DNA from: Myxococcota bacterium
GTDB taxonomy: Bacteria; Myxococcota_A; Polyangia; Polyangiales; Sandaracinaceae
DNA: 64,000 nt
NCBI GenBank assembly: GCA_036149055.1
Contig: JAYZQJ010000017.1
Span: 21,583 to 85,582 of the forward strand
Direction of reading: 5' to 3'
Within the stretch, counting starts at the first letter, position 1. Each line of letters begins with the position of its first letter. This document shows, in pieces, positions 49,633 to 59,817 of the stretch. Below the pieces are notes generated by a model. It was not told the DNA's origin and made no database searches. It worked only from the letters and a program-made list of their open reading frames with translations. Made by a program: the position numbers and the translations under genes.

Positions 49633-50085
49633 TCAGGTGCCATCGTCGACCTTCGAGATTGGCGATCGATCGTAGTACCCGCGTCGGTAGGCGCTGACGG
49701 CTTCGACCCGGCCAGCCTCGGCGTAGAGGGCCACGCCGGCCGTCGGGGAGTTGGCGCCGGCGTCGGCGGGCTCGACGCGATGACCGCGTCGCTCCAGGCG
49801 CGAGACCACGTCGACCAGGCTGTCCACGCCCGGCCGGATGGGGGTGCCATCCACGACGACCAGGGCGGGGAAGAAGAGCTCCACGAGCTCGAGGCGCTCA
49901 CGCTCGTCGAATACGAGGTGCGCGCCGATGGCGTCGAACGCGTCGGCGTCCTTCCGGACCCCGGCGCCCTTCGCGAAGACCGCGCTGGGCTCGCCGAGGA
50001 GCCGTCGGCAGGAGGCGCGTTCATCACCGAAGCGCACGCGCCCCGCCCCGACGAACCGCTCGACCGACCATTCCGGCGAATCCAT
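49633..50085 (-). CDS. Hypothetical protein (immunity-like)
   Basis: GAGRVRFG..R..LLGEP N-terminal pattern; GAGGTG SD. Confidence 0.65.
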   Translation of the reverse strand: MDSPEWSVERFVGAGRVRFGDERASCRRLLGEPSAVFAKGAGVRKDADAFDAIGAHLVFDERERLELVELFFPALVVVDGTPIRPGVDSLVDVVSRLERRGHRVEPADAGANSPTAGVALYAEAGRVEAVSAYRRGYYDRSPISKVDDGT

Positions 50086-50089
50086 GGGC

Positions 50090-50770
50090 TCACCTCAGCG
50101 CTTGCCAGGCGCGATCCATGTCGGCGGGCCACGGGAGGGTGAGGTCGAGGGTCTCGCCGGTAGGGGACGGGAGGCGGAGCCAGGTGCAGTGGAGCATGAC
50201 GCGGCGGGCGGTGACGACGCGGCCGTCGGCGAGCACGACGCGCTTGTCGCCGCCGTAGCGGACGTCGCCGAGGAGCGGGTGGCCGGCGTCGGCGGCGTGC
50301 ACGCGGAGCTGGTGAGTGCGGCCGGTGTGGGGGGTGAGCCAGAGGGCGACGCCGTGGCGGCCGCGCTCGTGCACGCGGTAGGTGGTCTTCGCGGCCTGCA
50401 CGCGCTCGCCCTTCGCGCCGGGGTCGACGGCGACGCGGAGGCGCTTGTCGCGCGGGTCGATGGCGATGGAGCGGGTCCACTCGCCTCGCTCGGGCTCGGG
50501 GGCGCGCGCGGCGAGGCCGAGGTAGCCGCGGCCGTAGGTGCCGGCGCGGCGCGCGGCGCGGAGGGCGTCGTTGCCCTCGCGGGTCCGGGCGAAGGTGACC
50601 ATTCCGCTCACCTCGGCGTCGAGGCGGGAGGTGGGGTGCAGCTTGCAACCCCACTCGGCCTCGGCCCGCAGGGTGAAGGACTCCTCGCCGCCGGGGGAGG
50701 TGGTGGGGACGCCGCTCGGCTTGACCAGGACGAGGAGGTGCGCGTCCTCGTGCACGACCTCAATGGGCAC
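50090..50770 (-). CDS. RluA family pseudouridine synthase
   Basis: LVKPSG, SRLDAEVSG, TGRTHQLRVH, GHPLLGD.RYG, LH. Confidence 0.9.
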   Translation of the reverse strand: MPIEVVHEDAHLLVLVKPSGVPTTSPGGEESFTLRAEAEWGCKLHPTSRLDAEVSGMVTFARTREGNDALRAARRAGTYGRGYLGLAARAPEPERGEWTRSIAIDPRDKRLRVAVDPGAKGERVQAAKTTYRVHERGRHGVALWLTPHTGRTHQLRVHAADAGHPLLGDVRYGGDKRVVLADGRVVTARRVMLHCTWLRLPSPTGETLDLTLPWPADMDRAWQALR

Positions 50771-53417
50771 GCGAGAGCACCCGCACCGTGCCGGCCGCGC
50801 CGTCGACCTCGAGCTCGTCGCCGGTCTGGATGGAGCGGGTGCCGCCCTTGACGTTGACGACGGTGGGCACGCCGTACTCGCGGGCCACGACGGCGGCGTG
50901 GCTGAGCGGGCCGCCGAGGTCGGTGACGACCGCGCCGGCGACGAGGAAGAGCGGCGACCAGCCGACGTCGGCGTAGGGCGCGACGAGGATCTCGCCCGCC
51001 TCGAGGGTGTCGGCGTCGGCCGGGCTCATCAGGACGCGCGCCTTGCCGACCACGCGGCCGCTGCACGCGGCGAGGCCGGTGAGCGCGTCCGCCGGGGCGC
51101 CGTCGCCGGTGGGCGCGGGCGGGAAGCCGACGAAGGTGTCCGGCGGGTCGGGCAGCGCGCGGTCGCGCTCGAGCTGGAGGCGGCGGCGCGAGACGAGGGG
51201 CTCGACCCGCTCGACGTCGCCCCGCAAGAAGGCGTGCAGCTCCTCGACCGAGAGGTAGAAGGCGGCGCCCGGGCCGATGCCGGGCTCGCGGACCATCATG
51301 CGGCGCGAGGCGTCGAGGCCGACCGCGCGGTAGAGGCCGAGGACCTGGACGACGTGGCTGCGCAGGCGCTCGCGCAGGCGGGTGAAGCGCTGCACCAGCG
51401 AGAGGAGGTGCCGCATGGCGACCTTGGCCGGGCCGGGCATGCGGCGCTCGAGCTCGGCGGCGGCCCGGTCGCGGACGGCGCGCTGGCGGCGCTCGATGTC
51501 GAGCGGGTTGTGGCCGTTCTTCCGCAGCAGGTGCGCGCGCAGGGTGGCGAAGGGGAGCGTGGGGTCCTCGCCCCAGCGGGGCTCGGCGATCTCGGCCTCA
51601 CGCGCCCCGCGGTAGCCGTAGGCGGTGAAGAAGCGCTCGAGCGCGCGGCGGGTCGGGCCCTCGGGCAGGAGCGCGACGCGGAGCGCGGCGGCCTCGTGGG
51701 CGAGCAGGACCTCGCGGGCCGCGTCCTCGGCGCGGGCGGTCTCGGCGATGTGCCAGAGGGTGAGCCCGGGGGCCGCGCTCTCCACGTCGCTCAGCCCGGT
51801 CAGCAGCTCGCGCTCGAGGCGCTCGGCCCGCTCGCGGAAGACCACCTGCAGCACGCCGCGCATGAGCAGCACGGTGGCCAGGAGGTTGCCGTAGACGTTG
51901 AGCATCACGAGGCCGCTGTCGTCCAGGAGGCGCTCGACCCGGTGCAGGACGCGGTCGAGGCCGGTGCTCGACAGCACCCGGAAGTCGATGGCGAGCAGCC
52001 GGCCGCGCTCCTCCGAGAAGGACGCGTCGAAGCGCTTCACCCGCTCGGTGAGGCCCGCGTTCTGCCGCACGTAGCGCGCGACGGTGAGCGGCAGGCGCAT
52101 CATGAAGCCGGTGGAGCCGCGGGACTCGACCTGCATCTCGAGGTGCTCGCCCTCCCCGCCCCCGCCGAGCGCGAGCAGCGTCTTGGGGCGCAGGCCGGGC
52201 ACCTGCGAGGCGATCTCCATGAACTCGGTGAGGTTCAGGTAGATGCGCCCGCGGAAGCTGCCGACGAGCTCGGCGTCGCGCGGGACCTTGCAGCCGAGGC
52301 TGCCGAAGGCGCGGCGGAAGCCGCGCTCGGAGAAGTCGCTGAGCACCGACCAGGTCATCGGGGTGGCGACGCCGGGGAGCGCCTCGCCGACGTTGACGTT
52401 GGACCAGACGATGCGGCCCCGCTCGCGGCCGGCCCGGCGCTTGGACGCGCGGCGGCGGGGCGGGCGCGAGAGCGCGGTGACGGGGCGGGCCTGCAGCAGG
52501 AAGAGGGTGCCGCCGACCGCCGCCCACTCGATGTCGCGCGCGTCGTCGAAGTGCCCCTCGACCCGGCGGCCGAGGTCGACGAGCGCGCCGAGGAGGTCTT
52601 CGCCGAGGCACTCGAGCTCGCGCTGCGGCTCCGGCACCTCCTCCTCGGTGACGCCGCCCGGGAGCCAGCGCGCGGCGAGCGCCTTCTCGCCGACGACCCG
52701 GTCGCGGACCCAGCCGGTGGCCTTGTCGACCCGGTAGGTGTCGGGCGAGACGCGGCCGTCCATCACCAGGTTGCCGAGGCCGTAGCTGGCGTTGATGACC
52801 ATCTCGCCGGGGTCGCCGCTGAGCGGATTCACGGTGAAGAGCGCGCCCGCGACCTCGGCCGGGACCATCGCCTGCACGACGATGCCGATGCCGGCCCGGC
52901 GCGCCTCGTCGAGCGGCAGGGTGCGCAGGTACGAGATCGCGCTCCGGGTGAGCACGCTGCTCCAGCACGCGCGGACCGCGTCGAACAGCTCCTCCTCGGT
53001 CTGGACGCCGAGCACCGTCTCGTGGAGGCCGGCCGCGCTCGAGGCCTCCTGGTCCTCGCGGGTGGACGAGGAGCGCACGGCGACCGCGACCGCGCCCTCG
53101 CTCTTGAGCGCGCTGAGCGCCTCGCGCAGGGCGGAGACGACGGCGGGCGGCAGCGGGGCGGCGAGCGCCTGGGCCCGGAGATCGGTGAGGCGCGTGTCGG
53201 TCAGGGCGCGCTGCGGCGCGGTGAGGAGCGCCCCGGGCTGATCGGCCTCGGGCAGCGCGGCCTCGAAGAAGTCCGCCGCCGCCTGGGCCTCGAGGGCGTA
53301 GGCCGCAGGGACGGGGAAGCCCGCGCGCGCGAGGGCGGCGAGGTTCTTCGCCTTCCCGCCAAAGGCGTCGGCCTTGCGGGGGACGATGGACTCGATACGG
53401 CGGACGAGGGCGCTCAT
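50760..53417 (-). CDS. PEP-utilizing enzyme with rifampin-phosphotransferase-like architecture
   Basis: GGKA, VAVRSS..ED..SAAG, VQAM, DIEWA, LQARPVT; central domain; C-terminal GGPLSHAAVVAREYG. Confidence 0.88.
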   Translation of the reverse strand: MSALVRRIESIVPRKADAFGGKAKNLAALARAGFPVPAAYALEAQAAADFFEAALPEADQPGALLTAPQRALTDTRLTDLRAQALAAPLPPAVVSALREALSALKSEGAVAVAVRSSSTREDQEASSAAGLHETVLGVQTEEELFDAVRACWSSVLTRSAISYLRTLPLDEARRAGIGIVVQAMVPAEVAGALFTVNPLSGDPGEMVINASYGLGNLVMDGRVSPDTYRVDKATGWVRDRVVGEKALAARWLPGGVTEEEVPEPQRELECLGEDLLGALVDLGRRVEGHFDDARDIEWAAVGGTLFLLQARPVTALSRPPRRRASKRRAGRERGRIVWSNVNVGEALPGVATPMTWSVLSDFSERGFRRAFGSLGCKVPRDAELVGSFRGRIYLNLTEFMEIASQVPGLRPKTLLALGGGGEGEHLEMQVESRGSTGFMMRLPLTVARYVRQNAGLTERVKRFDASFSEERGRLLAIDFRVLSSTGLDRVLHRVERLLDDSGLVMLNVYGNLLATVLLMRGVLQVVFRERAERLERELLTGLSDVESAAPGLTLWHIAETARAEDAAREVLLAHEAAALRVALLPEGPTRRALERFFTAYGYRGAREAEIAEPRWGEDPTLPFATLRAHLLRKNGHNPLDIERRQRAVRDRAAAELERRMPGPAKVAMRHLLSLVQRFTRLRERLRSHVVQVLGLYRAVGLDASRRMMVREPGIGPGAAFYLSVEELHAFLRGDVERVEPLVSRRRLQLERDRALPDPPDTFVGFPPAPTGDGAPADALTGLAACSGRVVGKARVLMSPADADTLEAGEILVAPYADVGWSPLFLVAGAVVTDLGGPLSHAAVVAREYGVPTVVNVKGGTRSIQTGDELEVDGAAGTVRVLSRAH

Positions 53418-53497
53418 CGCGAAAGGGCCGCGAGGATAGCAGCCGTTTGAACGCCGTGGGGCGGACCTCTACCCTGGCCGGGTCGGAGGCCCAGAAA

Positions 53498-54646
53498 ATG
53501 TCCCGCGCGCTCCTCGCTTTCTTCCTCCTCACCCTCACCGCCTGCGCTCAGGGCGGCGGCGACGACGATCGCCCGGACACGGGCGTGGTGACGCCCCCGA
53601 TGGACGCGGGCGCGACCGGGGACGCGGCGACGCCCGACATGGACTCCGGCGTGACGCCGTCCGACGCGGGGACCGGCGCCGACACCGGCGTGACGACCGA
53701 CTCCGGCGTCTCCCCCGAGGACTCGGGCGTGGCGCCCCCGGACAGCGGCGTGACCCCGCCCGACTCCGGGGTGGTCGGCTGCCGGAGCGCGGCCGAGTGC
53801 GACGACGGGCTCTACTGCAACGGCGCCGAGCGCTGCGAGCTCGGGAGCTGCGTGGCCGGCAGCCCCGCGGTCTGCGACGACTCGATCGCCTGCACCCGCG
53901 ATCGCTGCCTGGAGCCCACCTCCGGCACGACCCCGCGCTGCGACTACACGCCGGACGACACCCTCTGCGGCGCCGGCCAGATCTGCGGCGCGACCGGCTG
54001 CACCGCGACCTGCTCCGAGACGCCGTGTCGGCTGGTGCAGACCCAGTGCGGCTGCCCGGCCGGCCAGGGCTGCTACCTGAACGGGAGCTCCCGGCTCTGC
54101 GCCACCGCGGGCACCGCGGGCGAGGGCGCGAGCTGCTCGGGCGTCTCGAGCTGCTCCCCCGGCATGATCTGCATCGACGTCGGCCGCACCGCGACGCCGC
54201 TCAACCAGTGCAACCGCTTCTGTGACTCCGACGCCGACTGCGTGGGGACGGGATCGCTCTGCACCTACACGCTGAACGACGGCATGGGGGGCACGGTGCC
54301 GGGCGTCCGGGTGTGCTCCAAGGCCTGCGACCCGGTGGGGCGGACCGGCTGCCGGAGCGGCGCGGCCTGCCACATCTTCCGGGAGTCGATGGGCGCGATG
54401 CGCTACTTCTTCGACTGCGCCGGCCCGGTCGGCCTCGGCACCCAGGGCGCGTCCTGCACCGATCTGACCGACTGCGCGAGCGGCTACGCCTGCGCGGGCA
54501 CGCCGGGCACGTGCCTCCGGTACTGCGACTCGGTGGGCACGATCGGCACGGCCGGCGGCTGCCGCTCGAGCGAGGCCTGCTACGGGTTCACGACGCCGCT
54601 GATCGTCGGCGGCACCGAGTACGGGGTGTGCGACGCCTGGCCCTGA
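53498..54646 (+). CDS. Cys-rich lipoprotein
   Basis: LTAC lipobox; DSG/DAG linker; CDDGLYCNGAERC and many Cys repeats. Confidence 0.82.
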   Translation: MSRALLAFFLLTLTACAQGGGDDDRPDTGVVTPPMDAGATGDAATPDMDSGVTPSDAGTGADTGVTTDSGVSPEDSGVAPPDSGVTPPDSGVVGCRSAAECDDGLYCNGAERCELGSCVAGSPAVCDDSIACTRDRCLEPTSGTTPRCDYTPDDTLCGAGQICGATGCTATCSETPCRLVQTQCGCPAGQGCYLNGSSRLCATAGTAGEGASCSGVSSCSPGMICIDVGRTATPLNQCNRFCDSDADCVGTGSLCTYTLNDGMGGTVPGVRVCSKACDPVGRTGCRSGAACHIFRESMGAMRYFFDCAGPVGLGTQGASCTDLTDCASGYACAGTPGTCLRYCDSVGTIGTAGGCRSSEACYGFTTPLIVGGTEYGVCDAWP

Positions 54647-54653
54647 TGGGCGC

Positions 54654-54836
54654 TCAGCGTCTGCCCTTGAACCCCATCATGTCCTGGATGACGCCCTCGG
54701 AGGCCTCGGCGATCTCCATCTCCTCGCGCATCCGGTCCGCGCAGTCCTCGCAGAGCTTGAGGGTGCGGCGGCCGACCTTGAGCTTCACGACCTCGTCGGC
54801 CTCGATCTCGTCTTCGCATTCGCGGCAGATGGGCAT
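54654..54836 (-). CDS. Small zinc-finger-like protein
   Basis: CREC..CEDC; GGAGG SD. Confidence 0.7.
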   Translation of the reverse strand: MPICRECEDEIEADEVVKLKVGRRTLKLCEDCADRMREEMEIAEASEGVIQDMMGFKGRR

Positions 54837-54963
54837 CGGTTCCTCCCTTTTTCCCGGCGGCCGGCATTCGTGCTTGCCACCCGCGGCGGCTAATTCTACT
54901 TCTCGCTGGGCCCGAGGCCCATGTAGCCCTTCGAGGCCCTTCTCCTAGCCAAGGTACTGAGCA

Positions 54964-55560
54964 GTGGACGAGCGCATCGAGCAGATCCTGAGTTACTGGT
55001 TCGGCCAGCCCGCCGAAGGCGAAGAGCGGCCGAGCGGGCACGAGCTCTGGTGGGAGAAGAGCGCGCGGGTCGACCGCCACATCGAGAAGACCTGGGGCAA
55101 GTTGGTCGAGAAGGCCAAGGCCGGGGAGCTCGACGCCTGGACCAGCAGCGCCAAGGGCCGCCTCGCGGTCATCCTCCTGCTCGACCAGTTCCCGCGGAAC
55201 ATCTTCCGGGAGCAGCCCGACGCCTACGCCGGCGACGGCAAGGCGCTCGAGCTCTGCTACGACGGCCTCGACGAGGGCATGGACCGCACCCTCACGGTGG
55301 CCCAGCGCTGCTTCTTCTACATGCCGATGATGCACGCGGAGGACGTCGACGCGCAGCTCGCCTGCGTCGAGACCTTCCAGGAGCTCGTCTCCGAGGTGTC
55401 CGGCGAGGACAAGGAGCTCGCCGAGTCCTTCCTCCGCCACGCCGAGCAGCACCGCGACGTGGTCGAGCGCTTCGAGCGCTTCCCCACCCGCAACGCCATC
55501 CTCGGCCGCCAGTCCACCCCCGAAGAGAGCGCCTACCTCCAGCAGTCCGGCGCCCTCTGA
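54964..55560 (+). CDS. DUF924 family protein
   Basis: ILSYWF, ILLLDQFPRN, FFYMPMMHAE, RFPTRNAILGRQSTPEE. Confidence 0.9.
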   Translation: MDERIEQILSYWFGQPAEGEERPSGHELWWEKSARVDRHIEKTWGKLVEKAKAGELDAWTSSAKGRLAVILLLDQFPRNIFREQPDAYAGDGKALELCYDGLDEGMDRTLTVAQRCFFYMPMMHAEDVDAQLACVETFQELVSEVSGEDKELAESFLRHAEQHRDVVERFERFPTRNAILGRQSTPEESAYLQQSGAL

Positions 55561-55580
55561 CCTCCCGCCCCCTTGGGCGG

Positions 55581-56016
55581 GTCGCCAGAGCGACGAACGA
55601 GGGAGAGGGGAGGATGGAGACGAGGAGAAATCAGCTCGCCCTGGCCCTGCCCTCTCCGCCCTGACGCCGCCGGCGAGCCCGCCGTCCCGCCGCCCGCTCT
55701 CTTCCCGTGTCGCGCAGCGACACTTCCTCCCCGCCTCCCACCTCCCGTCTCCCTCTTCGCCCGAAGCTCTGCCGACCGGCGTGTCGCCAGAGCGACGAAC
55801 GAGGGAGAGGGGAGGATGGAGGCGAGGAGGAATCAGCTCGCCCTGGTCCGACCACGACCCGCTCGGCCCTGACGCCGCCGGCGAGCCCGCCGTCCCGCCG
55901 CCCGCTCTCGTTCCCGTGTCGCGCAGCGACACTTCCTCCCCGCCTCCCACCTCCCGTCTCCCTCTTCGCCCGAAGCTCTGCCGACCGGCGTGTCGCAAGA
56001 GCGACGAACGAGGGAG
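55581..56016. repeat. Tandem ~205-bp repeat (2.1 copies), each unit an imperfect inverted repeat
   Basis: Units start GTCGCCAGAGCGACGAACGAGGGAG at 55581 and 55783, with a GTCGCAAGAG variant at 55992; lies between convergent genes. Confidence 0.92.
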
Positions 56017-56027
56017 CGGTCGGAGGA

Positions 56028-57107
56028 TCAGAAGAGGGATCGCTCCAGGAGCCAGAAGGCGGCGAGGGTGGCGATGACGGCGGAGCCTCCCTGCACTACG
56101 TAGCGCTCGTAGCCTCTCCACCGGGCGAGGCGCTCGAGCGGCACGAGGAGGGCGGCGACGAAGGCGAGCTGGGCGAGCTCGATGCCGAGGTTGAAGGCGA
56201 CGAGGCTCAGGACCCGGGACTGGGCGGGGAGCCCGAGCTCGGCGAGCACGCCGCTGAAGCCGAAGCCGTGCACGAGGCCGAAGGCGAAGGCGAGCCACGG
56301 CATCGAGGCGCGCTGCTCGGGGCGGGCGAGGTTCAGGAGGGCGACGACGACGATCGAGCCGGCGATGACCGACTCGACGAGGCGGGAGGGGAGCACGACC
56401 CAGCCGAGGGCGGCGGCGATGAGGGTGACGCTGTGACCGAGGGTGAAGGCGGTGACGATCCAGGCGACGTCCTTGCCCGCGGCCCGGAGGCCCTCGCGGC
56501 GCGCCATGCCGCCGGCCGTCAGGATGAGCGAGAGCAGGAAGAGGACGTGGTCGTAGCCGGTCGCGAGGTGGAGCACGCCCTCCCAGAGGAAGCGGCCGAA
56601 GAGGCCGGACACCGAAGGCGGCGCGCCGAGGCGGAGTGACTGGCGGCCGACGCGGAGCACGTGGGCGTCGCCCTCCCCGGTCCAGCGCACCCGGACGAAG
56701 GCCTCGTGCTGGGCGTCGTCGCCGAAGATGGTGCCGTCCTCGAGCACGAGGTCGCGCGCGGGGGACGGGCAGCGGGCCCAGAGGCGCACCCGGACGCGGG
56801 GCTCTCCGTCGACCTCGACGCCCTCGGGGGCCTCGGCCTCCATCGCGCAGGCGCCGCCCTCCCCGCGCACCGAGAAGCCGCCCTCGAGCCAGGCCCGGAT
56901 GTCGGCGTCGCGGGCCAGCACCGCGTCGGGCGGGGTGTCCTCGTCCATGCCGAGGGAGACCGCGACGTCCACGGACTCGAGGTCCACGTCCACGAGGGCA
57001 CCGTCCTCGGTCCGCTCGACGGTGACGATCTTGGCGCTGCCACGGTGCGCCCGCGCCGGGACGGCGGCGAGGAGCAGGAGCAGCAGGGCGACGGAGGCGC
57101 GGCGCAT
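56028..57107 (-). CDS. HupE/UreJ family protein
   Basis: ARAH signal; [41 protein letters not shown]. Confidence 0.9.
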   Translation of the reverse strand: MRRASVALLLLLLAAVPARAHRGSAKIVTVERTEDGALVDVDLESVDVAVSLGMDEDTPPDAVLARDADIRAWLEGGFSVRGEGGACAMEAEAPEGVEVDGEPRVRVRLWARCPSPARDLVLEDGTIFGDDAQHEAFVRVRWTGEGDAHVLRVGRQSLRLGAPPSVSGLFGRFLWEGVLHLATGYDHVLFLLSLILTAGGMARREGLRAAGKDVAWIVTAFTLGHSVTLIAAALGWVVLPSRLVESVIAGSIVVVALLNLARPEQRASMPWLAFAFGLVHGFGFSGVLAELGLPAQSRVLSLVAFNLGIELAQLAFVAALLVPLERLARWRGYERYVVQGGSAVIATLAAFWLLERSLF

Positions 57108-57198
57108 GCGGCGCGGACTCTACAGCGAATGCGTGCGTTCGGGCACGGCCCGGGCCGGGGCCGTTGTGATCGCGGGGAGCGAGCGCTACACCCGCCCC

Positions 57199-58608
57199 GT
57201 GGACCTCCTCGACGACCACTTCCACGACGAATGCGGCGTCTTCGGCATCTTCGGAGCGGAAGAAGCGTCGAACCTCACCTACCTGGGGCTGCACTCGCTG
57301 CAGCACCGCGGGCAGGAGAGCGCGGGCATCGTCTCGACCGACGGCGAGCGCCTCTACGCGCACAAGGCCCTCGGGCTGGTCCAGGACGGCTTCGGCCAGG
57401 ACATCCTGGAGAAGCTCCCCGGCCCGAACGCGATCGGGCACGTCCGCTACTCCACCGCGGGCGGCGGCGGGCTCAAGAACGCCCAGCCCATCGCGGTCGA
57501 CTACGCGCACGGCACCCTCGCGGTGGCCCACAACGGCAACCTCACCAACTTCCACCCGGTGCGGCAGCGTCTCGAGGCCGACGGCTCCATCTTCCAGACC
57601 ACGAGCGACACCGAGCTGCTCGTGCACCTCATCGCGCGCTCCAAGGCGGAGACCACTGCCGACCGCGTCGTCGAGGCGCTGCGCGAGGTCGAGGGCGCCT
57701 ACTCGATGGTCTTCATGACCCCGGACGAGCTGATCGCCGTCCGCGACCCCTACGGCTTCCGGCCGCTGTGCATCGGCATGCTGAACGACGCGCAGGTGAT
57801 CGCGAGCGAGCCGGTGGCGTTCCACCTCATCGGCGCCGAGTACCTGCGCGACGTGAAGCCGGGCGAGATGATCGTGATCGATCGCTCGGGCCTCCGGACG
57901 TTCATGCCGTTCGAGGAGCGGCCGACGAAGATGTGCATCTTCGAGTACGTCTACTTCGCGCGGCCGGACTCGGAGCTCAACGGGGTCAGCGTCTACGAGG
58001 CGCGCAAGCGCATGGGGCGCATCCTCGCGCGGGACGAGCCGGCCGACGCCGACCTCGTGATCCCGGTGCCGGACAGCGGCGTCGCCTCGGCGATGGGCTT
58101 CGCGAACGAGCTCGGCCTGCCCTTCGAGCTGGGCCTGATCCGCAGCCACTACGTCGGCCGCACCTTCATCGAGCCGGCGCAGTCCATCCGCCACTTCGGC
58201 GTGCGCCTCAAGCTCTCGCCGGTCTCGCACCTGCTGGCCGGCAAGAAGGTGGCGGTGGTGGACGACTCGATCGTGCGCGGCACCACCAGCCGCAAGATCG
58301 TGAAGATGCTGCGCGACGCGGGCGCCCGCGAGGTGCACCTCCGGATCAGCTCGCCGCCCACCCGGTGGCCCTGCTTCTACGGCATCGACACGCCCTCGCG
58401 CGGCGAGCTGATCGCGTCGAGCCACTCGGTCGACGAGATCGGCCGCTACATCACCGCGGACTCCCTCGGCTACCTCAGCATCGAGGGGCTGCGCGAGGCG
58501 GTCAGCGGCGAGGGCTTCTGCGACGCGTGCTTCAGCGGGGACTACCCGGTGCCGGTGCGGGCGCAGGAGGAGCGCGCCAAGAAGCAGCTCCCGCTCGTCG
58601 GGGTCTGA
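57199..58608 (+). CDS. purF: Amidophosphoribosyltransferase
   Basis: [58 protein letters not shown]. Confidence 0.97.
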   Translation: MDLLDDHFHDECGVFGIFGAEEASNLTYLGLHSLQHRGQESAGIVSTDGERLYAHKALGLVQDGFGQDILEKLPGPNAIGHVRYSTAGGGGLKNAQPIAVDYAHGTLAVAHNGNLTNFHPVRQRLEADGSIFQTTSDTELLVHLIARSKAETTADRVVEALREVEGAYSMVFMTPDELIAVRDPYGFRPLCIGMLNDAQVIASEPVAFHLIGAEYLRDVKPGEMIVIDRSGLRTFMPFEERPTKMCIFEYVYFARPDSELNGVSVYEARKRMGRILARDEPADADLVIPVPDSGVASAMGFANELGLPFELGLIRSHYVGRTFIEPAQSIRHFGVRLKLSPVSHLLAGKKVAVVDDSIVRGTTSRKIVKMLRDAGAREVHLRISSPPTRWPCFYGIDTPSRGELIASSHSVDEIGRYITADSLGYLSIEGLREAVSGEGFCDACFSGDYPVPVRAQEERAKKQLPLVGV

Positions 58609-58633
58609 TCGGCGCTGTGGTAGGCTCGCGCGC

Positions 58634-59797
58634 ATGCGAGCTGCACAGGCGCTCGCCGTCCTGCTCTGCGCGCTGACTCCGGGGGGAGCGCTCGCGCAGG
58701 AAGCAGAGGCGTCGAGCGAAACCCCAATGGACGCCGGCGCGCCCGATGGCGCGACCGCGGAGGCTCCCGACGCGGAGGAGGCGGAGGGCGATCCGCTCGG
58801 CGCGCTGCCCGACCGGAGGCTCCGCCTGGCGGTGCTCGGCAACCCGCCGTTCCACCTCGCGCGCGGCGGAGAGCCCTCGGGCATCAGCGTCGACATCTGG
58901 CACGCGATCGCGGCCCGGCTCGAGATCGACTACGAGCTGACCGTGGTGCCGAACGCGGGCGCCGCCATCGACGGGGTGGCCGAGGGCACCTACGACGGCG
59001 CGATCGGGCCGATCAGCATCACCAGCGCGCGCGCCGAGCGGGTGGGCTTCACCCAGCCCTATCACGAGGCCACGCTGTCGATCCTGACCCTGCCCGGCAG
59101 CAGCGGCGTCTGGTCGCGCGTCGAGCCCTTCCTCACCCGCGCGTTCTTCGGCGCGCTCGCGCTCCTGCTCGTCGTCTTGACGCTGGTGGGCGCGCTGATG
59201 TGGGTGGTCGAGCGCAAGGCCAACGACGGCTTCCCACAGAAGCCCTTGCCGGGGATCGGCGTCGGGATCTGGCTGGCGCTCGTGACGATGACGACGGTGG
59301 GCTACGGCGACAAGGCGCCGATCACGACCGGCGGGCGGCTGCTGACCGGCGTGTGGATGGTGATCTCGATGCTCACGGTGTCGTCGCTGACCGCCGGGAT
59401 CGCGACCGCCCTGACCCTCTCGCAGCTGGACCACGCCGCGATCGAGACCGCCGGAGAGCTGAGCGGCCGCCCGGTGGCGACGCTGCAGGGCACGACGGCG
59501 GAGGAGCTGGTGCGCCGCAACGAGGGCAACATCATCGCGGTCGAGAGCGTGCAGGAGGGCATCGACCGCCTGGTGGACGAGCGCGTCGACGCGGTGGTCT
59601 ACGACCGGCCGGTGCTGCAGTACCACCTGCGCGAGAACCAGTCGCTGGGCCTCGCGCTCTCGACCCACGAGTACGAGCCGCAGGGCTACGGCTTCGCCTT
59701 CCCGCTCGGCAGCCCGCTGGCTCACCAGGTCAACGTGCAGCTCCTCGCGCTCGAGGAGAGCGGACAGCTCGACGCGATCAAGGACGAGTGGCTCTGA
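58634..59797 (+). CDS. GluR0-like ligand-gated K+ channel (split SBP_bac_3 domain plus pore)
   Basis: Signal peptide, S1 ([17 protein letters not shown]), TM1, pore [11 protein letters not shown]2, S2. Confidence 0.88.
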   Translation: MRAAQALAVLLCALTPGGALAQEAEASSETPMDAGAPDGATAEAPDAEEAEGDPLGALPDRRLRLAVLGNPPFHLARGGEPSGISVDIWHAIAARLEIDYELTVVPNAGAAIDGVAEGTYDGAIGPISITSARAERVGFTQPYHEATLSILTLPGSSGVWSRVEPFLTRAFFGALALLLVVLTLVGALMWVVERKANDGFPQKPLPGIGVGIWLALVTMTTVGYGDKAPITTGGRLLTGVWMVISMLTVSSLTAGIATALTLSQLDHAAIETAGELSGRPVATLQGTTAEELVRRNEGNIIAVESVQEGIDRLVDERVDAVVYDRPVLQYHLRENQSLGLALSTHEYEPQGYGFAFPLGSPLAHQVNVQLLALEESGQLDAIKDEWL

Positions 59798-59817
59798 AGC
59801 GGCTATCCTCCGGCGCG

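Noticed and set aside
32700..50085. Classical integron or prophage
   Set aside because: No IntI/tyrosine recombinase, no convincing RYYYAAC..GTTRRRY attC sites by eye, and no phage structural genes. IntegronFinder would be the formal test.
50760..53417. Rifampin resistance gene (rph) or ppsA call
   Set aside because: Domain order excludes ppsA, and substrate specificity cannot be read from motifs.
55573..56077. Short ORFs within the tandem repeat
   Set aside because: Products simply mirror the repeat in several frames; no coding signal.
50538..58896. Very long ORFs 50538..53450 (+) and 54580..58896 (-)
   Set aside because: Shadow frames over clearly identified genes and the tandem repeat.
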